DNA of 64,000 bases from Camelus ferus (taxonomy: Eukaryota). The DNA lies in contig NC_045696.1 of NCBI RefSeq assembly GCF_009834535.1, positions 105,526,001 through 105,590,000 of the forward strand. The letters are read 5' to 3'. The notes under the pieces were generated by a model, which worked only from the letters and a program-made list of their open reading frames with translations, had not been told where the DNA came from and did not search any database. Shown piece after piece: positions 1 through 12,279 of this stretch. A program made the translations under genes and the position numbers. Each line of letters starts with the position of its first letter. Within the stretch, counting starts at the first letter, position 1.

Positions 1-249
1 TGCGTGGAGTTCTCCCAGGGCCTTGAAGTGTAGTCCTAGTGTAGTTCTGGAGGGCCTCAGGGAGGAGGTGATCATCATGACCTGGTTGGGGGTGTGATGT
101 GCCCAAGGAGGGGGTTCCTATCCCAGAACAATCCAGATGAGACAACAGAATATGGAGTAGGAGGGGTGGATGGTGAACCTAGCGGGCTAAAGCCAAGATA
201 TAAAGAGAAGAGACCATGTTTTCCTTTCAATGACCCAGGATTCAATGAC

Positions 250-1330
250 CCTGATCAATGACATTCATGAGGCCTCCCCGGTCCAGGCCTTGGGCTAAGT
301 GTTGGGGCCACCACCAATACATTGGACGTTGGCCCCACCCTTTCAGAGCCCACAGCCCAGGCATGGAGGTCAATACCAAGGAGGGAGGCTGGGGGTAGGG
401 GGCAGGGGGAGCTAGGGAGCCCAGAGAAGGAGCCCCTTGCTCAGCCTTCAGGATCAGGAAAGACTTCTAGAAGGGTTCAATGCCCAGGCTCGGTCCCGAA
501 GGCTTTATGACAATTCAGCACGTGCAGAGATAAAGGAAGAAAATCCCAGCCTGGAGAATGGCATGTCCAGAGTCCTCATGACCACTGCAGGAGTGGTGAA
601 TGCTTGGTGGCTGAGGATCCAGCAGGGTGGGGGCAGGGAGAATGCTGAGATTAAAGAAGGAGGCGTTGGGGGCTAGATCCTGGGGATGTTGGATGTCACA
701 TTGAGGATCTGGGCTTTCTCCTTGAGTCCAGAGTTTTAGGCACGTGTGGGCTATAGTCAGAAATGTGACTTAGAAGATTATTTCTACTGCTCTCTGGAGA
801 TGGGGTGGAGCAGAGGTGGGGGAGGAGACTAGAGCTTATGGAATTATTTGAGAAGTGCCTGAGGAATCAGAGGATAAACAAGGGTGGCACCAGAGTTTGG
901 AGATTAGCCAAGGAAATTAGATGTGGGAGAGTGAGGGGGAGGAATTGTCAAGGACGAGCCTGAGTTTGAGGCTTGGGCAGCTGGGCAAGTGATGGCCCTT
1001 GTCTGTGTGTCTAGGACAGGAGGAAATGATGTGAACGCTTTTGAAGTGTGGAGGTGAGATACCTGCCAGACATTCTGGGGGAAACCTTTGGAGTTCTGGA
1101 GCACAGAGGGGAGGTCTGAGCTGGAAGTACTGGTTTGAGAGCCCCCTGCACATAGAGGGTAACTGAAGCCAGGCCTAGGAATGTCATGCCCCAGAGGTGT
1201 AGCATTGAGAAGAGAGGTCAGGGAGCCCCTCCAGGAAGCCAACCACTCGAGGTTGGGCAGAGAAGGACAGACCCCAAAGTTGATAAAGGAAAAGCAGCCA
1301 GAAAGGCCAGTTCTAGGAGTAAGGAAGCTG
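250..1330 (-). mobile_element. LINE-2 (L2) fragment, degenerate
   Basis: Purine-rich L2-like segments in reverse orientation, e.g. GAGTTTGAGGCTTGGGCAGCTGGG and GGAGTTCTGGAGCACAGAGGGGAGGTCTGAGCTGGA. Boundaries approximate. Confidence 0.7.
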
Positions 1331-1554
1331 CTGAACCATCAGCAGGGCTGGTCATTCAGTCATTCAACAAACATAGGTCTGTTAGCTTGTGATTGAAAGG
1401 AGTACAGAGACGGGCTGAGAATTGTTTCCTGCTTTGGAAGTTCTGTCACCCACCACAGCCTCCCTGGGTCACAAATCACTCCAAACCCAGCAGGAAGGGA
1501 GGCCCCAAAGTCCTTCTGCCCACAGCCCTTCCCCTCCAGAGCGTTTATCCCATT

Positions 1555-1730
1555 TGTGTAGGTTTGAGAGTTAGACTTCATGGGTCTGACTCTCATCTCA
1601 GCCACTTGCAAGCTCTGTGACCTTTGTAGGTTACTTAACTTCTCAGAGCCCTAATGGTCCCATCTATGAAATGAGGACAACAGTTACTTCTCAGGGTTGT
1701 CTTGAAGATCAAGGATTCTGTGTGTACATC
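1555..1730 (+). mobile_element. MIR SINE
   Basis: MIR core CTGTGACCTTTGTAGGTTACTTAACTTCTCAGAGCC...CCCATCTATGAAATGAGGA. Confidence 0.8.
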
Positions 1731-1759
1731 CCGTAGAGCTCCTGGCTTCATATCCACTA

Positions 1760-1890
1760 TTCATTTTTTTGAACAAACATCCACTGAGTGTCTCCTATGT
1801 TTCCAGACACTGGGCCAAGCCTAGGAATACAAAGATGAATACCAAGTTTCCTTTTCCTTCTCTCAGGGAACTAACAGTCCATTGAAGGAA
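1760..1890 (-). mobile_element. L2 3' end
   Basis: ATTCATTTTTTTGAACAAACATCCACTGAGTGTCTCCTATGTTTCCAGACACTG resembles the reverse complement of the L2 3' terminus. Confidence 0.75.
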
Positions 1891-1964
1891 ACAGCAAGTA
1901 ACAGGCAGCGGCTGTCCAGTGAGATTACTGCCTGGGAGCTGAAGCTTGGAGTGGAGGTAGGAGG

Positions 1965-2100
1965 GCCCTGGGCTCCACTCCAGTTCTGCCCTCACTTCCT
2001 GTGAGACCATGAGCAATACCCTAGCCTCTCTGAGCTCTGGGTTTATCTATAAGATGGAGATAATCACACCTCCCAGGTACTGTCCACTGTGAGGAGATTC
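1965..2100 (+). mobile_element. MIR fragment
   Basis: CACTTCCTGTGAGACCATGAGCAA...CTCTCTGAGCTCTGGGTTTATCTATAAGATGGAGATAAT. Confidence 0.7.
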
Positions 2101-5059
2101 TCAGGAAGGAGGGGTGGTTGAAATGTCCAAAATTCAGGACATTTATTTCCACAGTTTCTGGGAACCTTGAGGAGAATCTGAAATGGAGGCAGGAAACAAC
2201 GGAAACAATTGGAAAGACAGAAATTAAAGCCAGCAAGAGAACAAGCCAAAGATCACTGCCCTCTGGCTCCCACGGCCTCTGTCCCCAGCTCTATCGACAT
2301 GAAGGGGAGTGCTGAGGACTTCCCAAACCAAAAGGGAAAACAAGGGCATTCTTGAGATTAGCTGAGGCAAACAAGAGCCAGGAGAGCCTCCCGTTCCCAT
2401 GGACCCTGCCTGGGCTGTCCCCAGGAGAGGGGCTGGGGCTGCAGCGGCGTGGGGGGAGGCCAGGGGCTGCTGAAGAGGCCACGCCGGTGAGAAGGTACCT
2501 CTGGCACCCGTTCTGGCCCCAGGGGCCATGCTTTGGGTTTTTGCTTTGTTTCCCACAGCCCAGGGCTCCATGCTCAGCTGGGCTTAGCAAATGCTTGCTG
2601 ATAGCTGGACTCCTTCAGCCACCGAACACCTGTCAAGGCCTACCAGGGACCAGGGAAGGGCCTGCATCAGGATAGGGGGACATAAAATCGGTAACTGGAA
2701 GCCATAGTCTTTGAGTTCCCAGAGGAGTCCCTGTGAAGTGGGCAGTCCCTGTGAGATGGGTTCAAGGACCCGGGGTCAGAAGGAGCCCTAAGGCTTGCTT
2801 CCCAGCAGGGGTGGCCACATGGCAAACCCCTAGAGCCCAGAAAATCAGATGATTGTCTGTGGAGATGGACAGTCAAAGGTCCACTGCTGACCCAGAGGTG
2901 CGGCCACCTCTGGTCTCTGAAGACTCGGCCAGTGCAGTCCTAGAAATTGTTGTCTCTGGCCATTTCTGGGCAGAGCACCCTACCTGGGGCAGTGGGAAGA
3001 GGCCTGAAGTAGGGAGGCTTAACCCTGGCTCCTCTCACCACTCCAGACCCCAGCAGTGCCCCAACGCAGTGGAGATGTCAGAACTGTCACATTTCCTCCC
3101 CGCTAAAAAGGGCTAAAGACTTCCTCATCTCCTCTCTCAGGATGCTATGTCTGAGAAGAGGACAGGCCCTTCTCTAAAGGCTATCCTGGAAGGAAAGGCC
3201 AGAAGGTCCCAAGACACAGGGGTGTAAGCCACACGAGGTCACTACCTGCTTATTCCCTTGAGCCAGGATGGACCTCTCAGAACACCAGGAGATGAAGGGC
3301 CAGACCCCGTCCTTGGATGACTGGTCAGGGGACAGACAAAGACAGAACAAGGGGCACCCTGCTGCCTCTAGAAACAGCCTTATGCTCATGGGGAGGGTGG
3401 GGTTGGGCGGCCTGGAGCCTGTTACCCCCAGGGCAACAAACCGGTACCAGCAGTGTGGCTGGGGAGTAATGGGGAAACTGAAGGCACATGTCTCCACCTT
3501 GGCCGTGGTGAAGCCATCTTGCCTCTCATCACCAGGCCTTAAGCTTTGAGTACTGGGCTTCCTCTCCCACAGGGAATTTAGAGTTGTGTGGTAGGAAAAA
3601 TAAAGAGAGGAGTTCACATCAAATGAGCCCTGTTTTTGAAGATCTGCATTTAGGGAGGTAGTCCAGGGACAGGAGGAGAAAGAAGAGGAAGGGGGGAGAG
3701 GGAGGGGGAGGAGAGATTCTGAGACCTGGGGTCACATTTCTGTGGGCGGAAGGACTTGGGTCCACGGGTGCACAAAGCCCTGAGAGTGACAGGCCATGGG
3801 GTGGCCGTAGGGCTGTCCAGACTTCAAGGTCTAAGCCCTGTGTCCTTGCCAAACACAGAGAAGGTGCCTGTGGCCAAGCTTGCTGTGGGGGAAATAGAAG
3901 CAGTTGGTTCAAGTCAGCAGAGCTGCTGCCTTTGAACAGATCTGGTGGCTCTTCCCAGAGGTGTCTGGGCAGCCACCGTGGGGACTGCAGACAACAGGCC
4001 TTGTCACCATGAGCTTCGGAGGCTGCCAGAGCCCTGGGGTCCTGCTCCTCTTGGGAGAGGGAGAAGGAGCCTCAGCTCATGAAAAAGTGATTTTCTTGGG
4101 CCTCAAATTTTGTACATCAGTTCACAGATGTTCAGTACTTAATGGTTACTGGGTTACTATTCTGTGCAATTTCTGTCTGCTTGACATTTCATAAAGATAT
4201 TTTGTAAACAATAAATTAATTTTTACTGATAAAGTAGTCATGGAGATTGTATCAAGATGGCACATTGAGCCCATGTGTCTGTCTGCCTATCTCGCCATAA
4301 ATCCTTAAAAATGATCAACCGCGCACACACACACACATGCAGAGGAGAACAAAAAGGGGTTCCAGTGATGACCAGAAATGAAGAAGAATTACTGGGAGGC
4401 AGAACGCAGATAGGATTGGACCAATGGAAGGAACACCAGTCAAAGACATTCAATGGGTGCCCACTGTGAAATATGGCACAACTCCAGGGGTGCTCCAAGC
4501 TCAAGATGAGTCTTGATTTTCCCATCTGTGGCGCATACTATTTTCACATGCCTCTCTCCTCCTTACTCACCCTTATCCCTCCCTCTAAAAAGAAAGAAAG
4601 AAAGAAGTAGGCTGATGAGCATATGGTAAGCACAAAGAGCATCCACAGATCAGTAGATGGGGAATCTCAAAAACAAAGGAAAGCATACATTGAAGAATCA
4701 TCAATATATGAAAGAAAGGCTCCAAACTCAACAAATGATACAACATCTGAAGAAAGACTGCTAACAAACAATCTGAAAGCAGCTGTAGAAATATATTAAT
4801 GTCTTCAGAGGGATAAGAGAGGATACCAAATAATTGAAACCAAAATATTGAAACAAATACACCCCAAAAGCTACCATTAAAAAAAAGACAATCAGAGGTT
4901 TTGGAAATGAAAAATATGACTGTCAAAATTTTGTAACTCAATTAAATACACTAAATCCAAAAAATGGCAAAACTGAGGAGTAAATTAGTATGCTAAAAGA
5001 TTGTTCTAATTTTGCAACCTAGGACTGAAGTATAAATGACCAGAAAGTACAAAAAGATA

Positions 5060-5305
5060 ATTAATAGTTAATTATTATAGTTAATATACTGTACTGCATA
5101 TTTCAAAATTGCTAAGAGAATAGATCTAAAAAGTTCTCATGACAAGGAAAAGAACTTTTTTGGTAACTATGTATGGTGATGAGTATTAATTAGACTTAAT
5201 ACTGTGATTGATTATTTCATAATGTATACAAATAGTGAATCATTTTGTTATACCCCTGAAACTAATATAACCTTACATGTGAATTACACCTTAATTTTAA
5301 AAAGA
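5060..5305 (+). mobile_element. L1 3'UTR terminus (L1MA/MB-like) nested in older L1
   Basis: GTTAATATACTGTACTGCATATTTCAAAATTGCTAAGAGAATAGATCT...TACCCCTGAAACTAATATAA...TTAATTTTAAAAA. Confidence 0.8.
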
Positions 5306-5839
5306 ACAATTAAGAAATGTGTATAAATTCTAGTATCTAATAAAAGCTCTAGGTGAAGTGAACAGAGGAAATAAAGGGGATTGGGAGAAATATTGAGGAA
5401 GCAGAAGATTCACCATCCTTCTAAGGAAGCAAAGAAACACAGATGCAGACTCATTTTCTGGAACCCAGTCCTGGAGACACCCCAGAAGTCAAAGGGCAGG
5501 TGGTAAGACTTTCAAACTGATATATAAACTCTGAGATGACAGGACCACCACGGGACAACATAAGGCAGTTCTGTCATGATGCGTGTGTTGGGAGGAGGAT
5601 GAGAAATGGCAGCTCAGAGTATAGAAGATGAAGCACCATGAATGGGAGACAGGGTAGGGGAGAGGTTGTGGACTGCCCCCTCCGCGACCCCCAAATTTCT
5701 CTGGGAATAACATGGCTTTTCTTTGACTCCTGTAAAGCAGGAAGACAGGAACCAGGTACCATCAAGATGGCTTTCAAGTCCCACTGGGGTGTGGAGTAGT
5801 AGTGGTGGGTGAAGAAATACTGGTTCTATGGTATATGGA

Positions 5840-6001
5840 TAGGGTTGTCAGATACGGGGGAAAAAAACGGAAGCAACAACAACATACCTGGTTAAATCTG
5901 AATTTCAGAAAAGCAATGGATTTTTTTTTTTTTTAGTGTAAGTATCTCCCATGCAATATTCAAATTTAACTGGGTATTCTGCAGTTTATCTGGCAATCTT
6001 A
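5840..6001. mobile_element. MER53-like palindromic hAT MITE
   Basis: Termini TAGGGTTGTCAGATA / TATCTGGCAATCTTA; inner arms GGTTAAATCTGAAT / ATTCAAATTTAACT; degenerate 8-bp flanks TATATGGA / GTTATGGG. Confidence 0.85.
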
Positions 6002-9000
6002 GTTATGGGATATAAAGATGGGTAAATAAATTAACAAAGTTTGTCTAAATAAAAAAAAACTCTAATAACCCAAAGGGATACTCATGAAACTCCAGAACTA
6101 AAATTCTAGATGAAATATACGATGAGACATAAAGGGAGAAAACCAGAAGGCAGTAAGAGAGGGCTAAGGAAATTGTCATATTCAGGAGAAAGATGGAGAA
6201 GGTGATAATAAGTAACTTGATAAGTTAGAGGCAACTGCGTAAGAGTAAATATAGGGTACACAACTTTCATATCAGCAAAAGAAAATTTGACCTACCCAAT
6301 GGAATTTAGGAGAGGAGAAAATAGAAACGGAACAAAGGAAAGTAAATAAAAAACAGGAAATAAAAAAACTGAAATAAGTCCTAACATAATAGTAATTGTA
6401 GCAGGCTTGATACTCATATTAAATTCACCAATTAAAAGACGAACTATCAGAACAGATCTTTTAAAGAAATCAAGTAATCTATTTTCCAGAAGAAAACATT
6501 TCAAACAGAAGGATATATTATGTTTGAAAATAAAGGGGTTGAAGAAGCTATTGTAGGCAAATAAGAACCAAAGTAAACCAGAGTGGCAACTTTAACATGA
6601 GATTAAATGCATTTTAAGGCAAAATAATTCATAGAGAAAAAAACACTACACCTTAGTAAAAGGACTATTACATCTGTAAGACGTACATGCCTATACATGT
6701 AGCTGAAGAGACAGCTTCAAAATATATAATGACCAATAAACTATAGGGAAAGATAGATGTCAAGAGTTTTAGTTGGAGATTTTGATACATTCTTCTCAGA
6801 AGTTGATTTATCACGCAGAAAAATATATTAGCATAACTAAAGGTTAAAATTTACAGTGAAAAATTATGGAATACTTATGTCTAAATTCTACTACATGTAA
6901 AACCCATAGAGCACAGCTAAAATGGCACTTAGAGAAAAATGTATAGCTTTAAGTATGTTTACCAGACTACAAATGAAGTAGGCATTAAAATTAAGATGCT
7001 TGAAGAATAGCAAAAATATATCTCTTTCCAAAGGAAAAATAAGAAAGATAAAAATAATACAAGATAGAAATAAGGGCAGAAATCAATAATAGAGAACATA
7101 GACGAAACAATGAAAACATTTAAGCTAGTTTTTAGAGACATTAATAAAACTGACAAACCCATCAAGATTAATCAAGAAAAAAAGGGAAAATTATAAGCAA
7201 AACGCAGGATGAAAAAAAGAAATAGAGATTAAACAGTTACAGTTACAACAGAGATTAAAATATTTTTAATAATGAAGAATGTATGTGACAGTAATAGATA
7301 AAGTTTTGGAAAGAATTTACAGCGCCACATGCGGTAAAAGACAAACTGTAAATAAAATAAATATTAAAGAAATAGAAATTATTTAATGAAAAACTACTCT
7401 TGTCACCACTGCTCTCTTCAACTACCAAGAAAAATCTGAGGCTTAGATGGCTTTAAGAAGAAACCACCACAATTAAGAGATTGTTAAAATCTGTATTATA
7501 CAAGTCATTCTAGAGGACAGAAAGAGGGAAGGGCTATCCAACTCATTTTATGAGACTAGAATCATTTATCCAGGATTCCAAAGCCAGATAAGGGCCTTAT
7601 AAGGAAAGAAAATAAGACAGTTAATAAAAGCTAGTTATCTGAATCCAAAAGTGTATTTAAAAGAACACATTATATTGAAATTTAAAAATTTAAATTAATA
7701 TATCCATACATTGATAGACTAAAGAAGAAAATTACATGATTGTGTCATTAGGTGCAAAAAATACAGCCTAATTATTTATGATAAAAGTCTAGCTGTTTAA
7801 GATTAAAGTTTCCAGAAACCTAGGAAGAGATGGAACTTCCTAATGCTTGACAAATGACTGTAGATTAAAACATGGAGTTTTACTCCATTGAAACATGGCT
7901 TTTATACCCCATTGAAAACGTTTAGACACATCCTCTTTAATACCAGCAACCAATTAAAGATGTCCACCATCACTGCTTTAACTAGGCACAACCTAGTATG
8001 GGCAGCCCCAGGCTGCAGAGTAAAACAAGAAAAAGAAATGAAGTAAAAGGAAGGGAAGACTAAAACCTCTCATTACATGCTTATAATTTGATTATCTACA
8101 TAGAAAATACAATAAAATTGGATAAACAATAGAAATAATAGAAGCATTTAACAAGGTTTCCAGATACAAAATTAATTTTTCAAAAATCACTACTATACAG
8201 CAGCAAAAATAGAAAACAAGATGCCATGCATAGCAGTAGCAGAAAGGACAAAGTATCCAGGAATTATCTTGGCAAACAATATACAGCAAAATATACCCTG
8301 GACAAAGTGAATAGGCTGGTGGCAGGTTGGGAGGAGGTATTTGCAGGAATTAATATCAGAATTTTAAAGGAACTCTTGCCAATCAGAGAGGGCATTTCAA
8401 ACTTGAATGACTAACAATTTTATGAAAAGATCCTTAACCTCACTAGTAATTAGCAAAAGATCAATCAAACAAAAATTTTAAAATTGAATAATAACAAATG
8501 ATGGCAATGGTGTATACAAGGGAAGAAATCTGGTTCCAGCACTTATGCATGTGTAGAGTGGTACACTTATGCTGGAGAACAATCTGGAAGAAATTAATAA
8601 CATTCAGCATGCATCTTCTCTACAAACTATCAGCTCCATTACTGATACTGCTCTGGAGAAATTGGTGTACATTTCCATAAAGAAACATACACAGGGATGC
8701 TTGTCACACCACTGTTTCTCATAGCAGGGGGTAGAGACAACTTAGGATTTAACCACTAAGAAAACAGATAAATAAAACATAGTGGTATACTATGCAGACA
8801 GCAAAAGGAATCATGTTGTGATATATACAGTAATACGGATATTTTTTGGAAACATGTTGAGTGACAAAAAAGAAAGGAACAGAAAGAGGTCTGCACCATA
8901 TCATTTAAGTAAATTTCAAACACAGATGGACAAATACACAACTGCTAAATATTTCAAAGATTATCCTTCCAAAAGACCCAGGCAAAGAGAAACAACAGAA

Positions 9001-9083
9001 ACAACAGACAAATATTGAAACCAAAAGAGAGTTTAGCAAATTGTCAGATATAATATCAAGTTACAAAACTCAATAGCATTCTC

Positions 9084-9506
9084 AAAATAATGCCATTTGC
9101 AGCAACATGGATGGACCTAGAGATCATCATATTAAGTGAAGTAAGTCAGAGAAAGACAAATATCATATGATATCATTTATATGTAGAATCTTAAAAAAAA
9201 GATATAAATTCTATTTACAAACCAAAAACAGATTCACAGACATAGAAAACAAACTATGGTTACCAAAGGGAAAAGGGCAGAGAGGGATAAATTAGGGGGT
9301 GAGGATTAACAGACACACATTACTATGTATAAATAGACAAAAATAACCTACTGTATAGCACAGGAAACTACATTCAATTTCTTATAATACCATATAATGG
9401 AAACAAATCTGAAAAGAATATATATATATATATTATTGAATTACTTTGCTGTGCATTTGAAACTAACATTGTAAATCAACTACACTTCAGTAAAAAAAAA
9501 TTTTCA
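9084..9506 (+). mobile_element. 5'-truncated L1 3' end with perfect 19-bp TSD
   Basis: TSD AAAACTCAATAGCATTCTC at 9065-9083 and 9507-9525; starts at the MPFAATWMDLE-coding segment; A tail. Confidence 0.95.
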
Positions 9507-10002
9507 AAAACTCAATAGCATTCTCTATACCAGAAATAACTAGAAAATGTAACAAAAAAATAAGACATAACTCAGGATTGCAACAAAAACTTCTGTCTAA
9601 GAATTGTCTTAACAGGGAATGTCCAATACCACTACTGAAGGATATAAAGGAAGATTTAAATAAATAGACATCCCACATCTGCCCTCAGAGAACTATAAGA
9701 CACTGATGAAAGGAACTGAAGATGACACAAACAGATGGAAAAATACACCGTATTCTTGGATTGAAGAAATTAATATTGTTAAAATGGCCATACTACCCAA
9801 AGCATTGTACAAATTCAATGCAATCCCTGTCAAAATACCAATGGCATTTTTCACAGAACTAGAACAAATAATTTTAGAATATGTATGGACACACAAGAGC
9901 CCCTGAATAGCCAAAACAATCTTGAGAAAGAAGAGCAGAGCTGGAGGTATCACACTCCCTGAAATCAGACAATACTACAAAGCTGCTGTAATCAAAATAA
10001 TA

Positions 10003-10821
10003 CAGCACTCAGTCAGAATGGCCAGCATTCAAAAGTCCATGAATGATAAATGCTAGAGAGGCTGTGGAGAAAAGGGAACCCTTGTACACTGTTGGTAAGA
10101 ATGTAGTTCGGTGCAGCCATTATGGAAAACAGTATGGAGATTCCTCAAAAAACTAAAAATATACTTACCATATGATCCAGGAATCCCACTTCTGGGTATA
10201 TATCCAGAGAGAACTCTAATTCAAAAAGATACTTGTACCCCAGTGTTCATAGCAGCACTACATACAATAGCCAAGACATAGAAGCAACCTAAATGTCCAT
10301 CAACAGATAACTGGATAAAGAAGTTGTGATATATTTATACAATGGAATACTACTCAGTCATAAAAAAGAATAAAATAATGCCATTTGCAGCAACATGGAT
10401 GGACCTAGAGATTGTCATTCTAAGTAAAGTAAGCCAGAAAGAGAAAGAAAAATACCATATGATATCACTCATATGTGGAATCTTTAAAAAAAAAAAGGGG
10501 GGGTGGAGAAAAAGGACACTATGAACTCATCTACAAAACAAAAACATACTCACAGATACAGTAAACAATCTTACGGTTACTGGGGAAAGGGGATGGGAAG
10601 GGATAAATTTAGAAGTTTGAGATTTGCAAATGTTAGCCACTATGTATAAAAAAGGGTTTTAAAAAGTTTCTTCTGTATAGCACAAGGAACTATACTCAAT
10701 ATCTTGTAATAACTTTTAATGAAAAAGAATATGAAAACGAATATATGTATGTATATGCATGACTGGGACATTGTGCTGTACACCTGAAATTGACACATTG
10801 TGACTGACTGTACTTCAGTTA
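10003..10821 (+). mobile_element. 5'-truncated young L1 nested in L1
   Basis: TSD AAAATAATA at 9994-10002 and 10822-10830; ORF 10342-10524 MEYYSVIKKNKIMPFAATWMDLEIVILS. Confidence 0.9.
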
Positions 10822-11789
10822 AAAATAATAGTACTGTACTGGCATAAAAATTACGCAGAGGTCAGTGGAACAGAATAGAGTTGAGAAATATGCCCACACA
10901 CTTGTGGTCAATTAATCTACAAAAAGGAGGCAAGAATACACAACGCAGAAAGACAATCTCTTCAATAAGTGGTGCTGGGAAAACTGGACAGCTACACGTA
11001 AAAGAATGAAATTAAACATTTTCTCATACCATATACAAAAATAAACTCAAAATGAATTAAAGACCTAAATGTAAGACCTGAAACCATAAAACTATAGGCA
11101 GAACACTCTGACATAAATCATAGCAACATTTTTTCAGATCTGTCTCCTAAGGCACAGGAAACAAAAGCAAAAATAAACAAATGGAACCGAATTAAACTTA
11201 AAAGCTTTTGCACAGCAAAGGAAAACACTGAAAAAACAAAAAGACAACCTACTGAATGGGAGAAAACACTTGCAAATGATATGACCAACAAGTTAAATCC
11301 AAATATATAAACAGCTCATACAACTCAATATGAAAAATAACAAAACAACCCAATTAAAAAGTGGGCAGAATTTCTGAATAGTCATTTTTCCAAAGAAGAC
11401 ATACAGATGGCCAACAAGCACATGAAAAGACTCAACAATGCTAATCATCAGAAAAATGCAAATCAAAACAACAATGAAAGATCACCTCACTTGTCAGAAT
11501 GACTATCATCAAAAAGACAACAAATTCCAAATATTGGCAAGGATGTGGGGAAAGGGAACCCTTGTACGCTGTTGGGGAGAATGTAAATAGGTGCAGCCAC
11601 TGTGTAAAACTAAAAATGTAATTACTATATGATCTAGCAATTCTACTCCTGTGTGTATTTCCAAAGAAAATGAGAACACTAATTTGAAAAGATGCATGAA
11701 CCACAATGTTCAAAGCAGCATTATTTGTAACAGCCAAGATATAGAAGCAACCTAAGTGTCCATCAAAAGATGAATGGGTAAAGAAAATG

Positions 11790-11791
<2 letters not shown>

Positions 11792-11833
<42 letters not shown>
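11792..11833. repeat. (GT)21 microsatellite
   Basis: Perfect dinucleotide run inside the L1 3' region. Confidence 0.98.
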
Positions 11834-11836
<3 letters not shown>

Positions 11837-12279
11837 AATGAGATTTTGTCATTTACAATAACATGAATGGACCTGGAGGGTATTATGCTGAGTGAAATCA
11901 GTCAGGCAAAGAAAGACAAATACTGTATGTTACCACTTATATGTGGAATCAAAAAAATAAAACAAACTAGTGAATATAAACAAAAAAGAAACAGACTCAC
12001 AGATATAGAGAACAAACCAGTGGTTACCAGGGGGGAGAGGAAAGAGGAGAGGGGCAAACTAAGGGTAGGGAATTAAGAGGGACAAACTGCAATGTATAAA
12101 AGAAATAAGCTACAAGAATATATTATACAGCACAGGGAATTTGGCCAATATTTTATAATAACTATAAATGGAGTATAATCTATAAAATTTTGAATCACTA
12201 TGTTGTACACTTGAAACTAACATAATATTGTAAATCAACTCTATCCCAATGTTTAAAAAATTTTAAAAAGCCAGTGGCC

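Larger units (their letters stand above)
4245..9680 (+). mobile_element. Ancient L1M-type LINE-1 (5' region, ORF1 and ORF2 remnants), interrupted by younger inserts
   Basis: A-rich strand. ORF1-like remnant ~4700-5400; endonuclease N-terminus remnant TTAAATTCACCAATTAAAAGA (LNSPIKR) ~6418-6438; RT-region remnants 7400-8270; 3' ORF2/UTR remnants 8400-8930. Many stops and indels. Confidence 0.8.
9688..12270 (+). mobile_element. L1 ORF2 C-terminal half plus 3'UTR, split by nested L1 at 10003-10821
   Basis: ORF 9706-9906 ([28 protein letters not shown]) is typical L1 ORF2; resumes at 10831 with GTACTGGCATAAAAA; MDLEGIMLSEISQ at 11867; 3'UTR and A tail. Confidence 0.92.

Noticed and set aside
226..262. 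Three TCAATGAC repeats, considered as an array
   Set aside because: Short local duplication at an L2 end; no repeat-spacer architecture. No CRISPR array was seen in the window.
383..417. G-quadruplex-like G runs (also in the L1 3'UTR near 15845)
   Set aside because: Within L2/L1 repeats, common, and with no functional context.
2892..2913. 9-bp stem hairpin CCAGAGGTG-CGGC-CACCTCTGG (similar stems at 2121-2144 and 50092-50134)
   Set aside because: Stems of 8-9 bp with short loops are expected by chance in 64 kb.
7868..7914. 23-24-bp tandem duplication with ATGGAGT/ACTCCAT hairpin; also a diverged ~223-bp-period similarity at 12430-12780
   Set aside because: Both lie inside decayed L1; ordinary slippage or L1 UTR structure.
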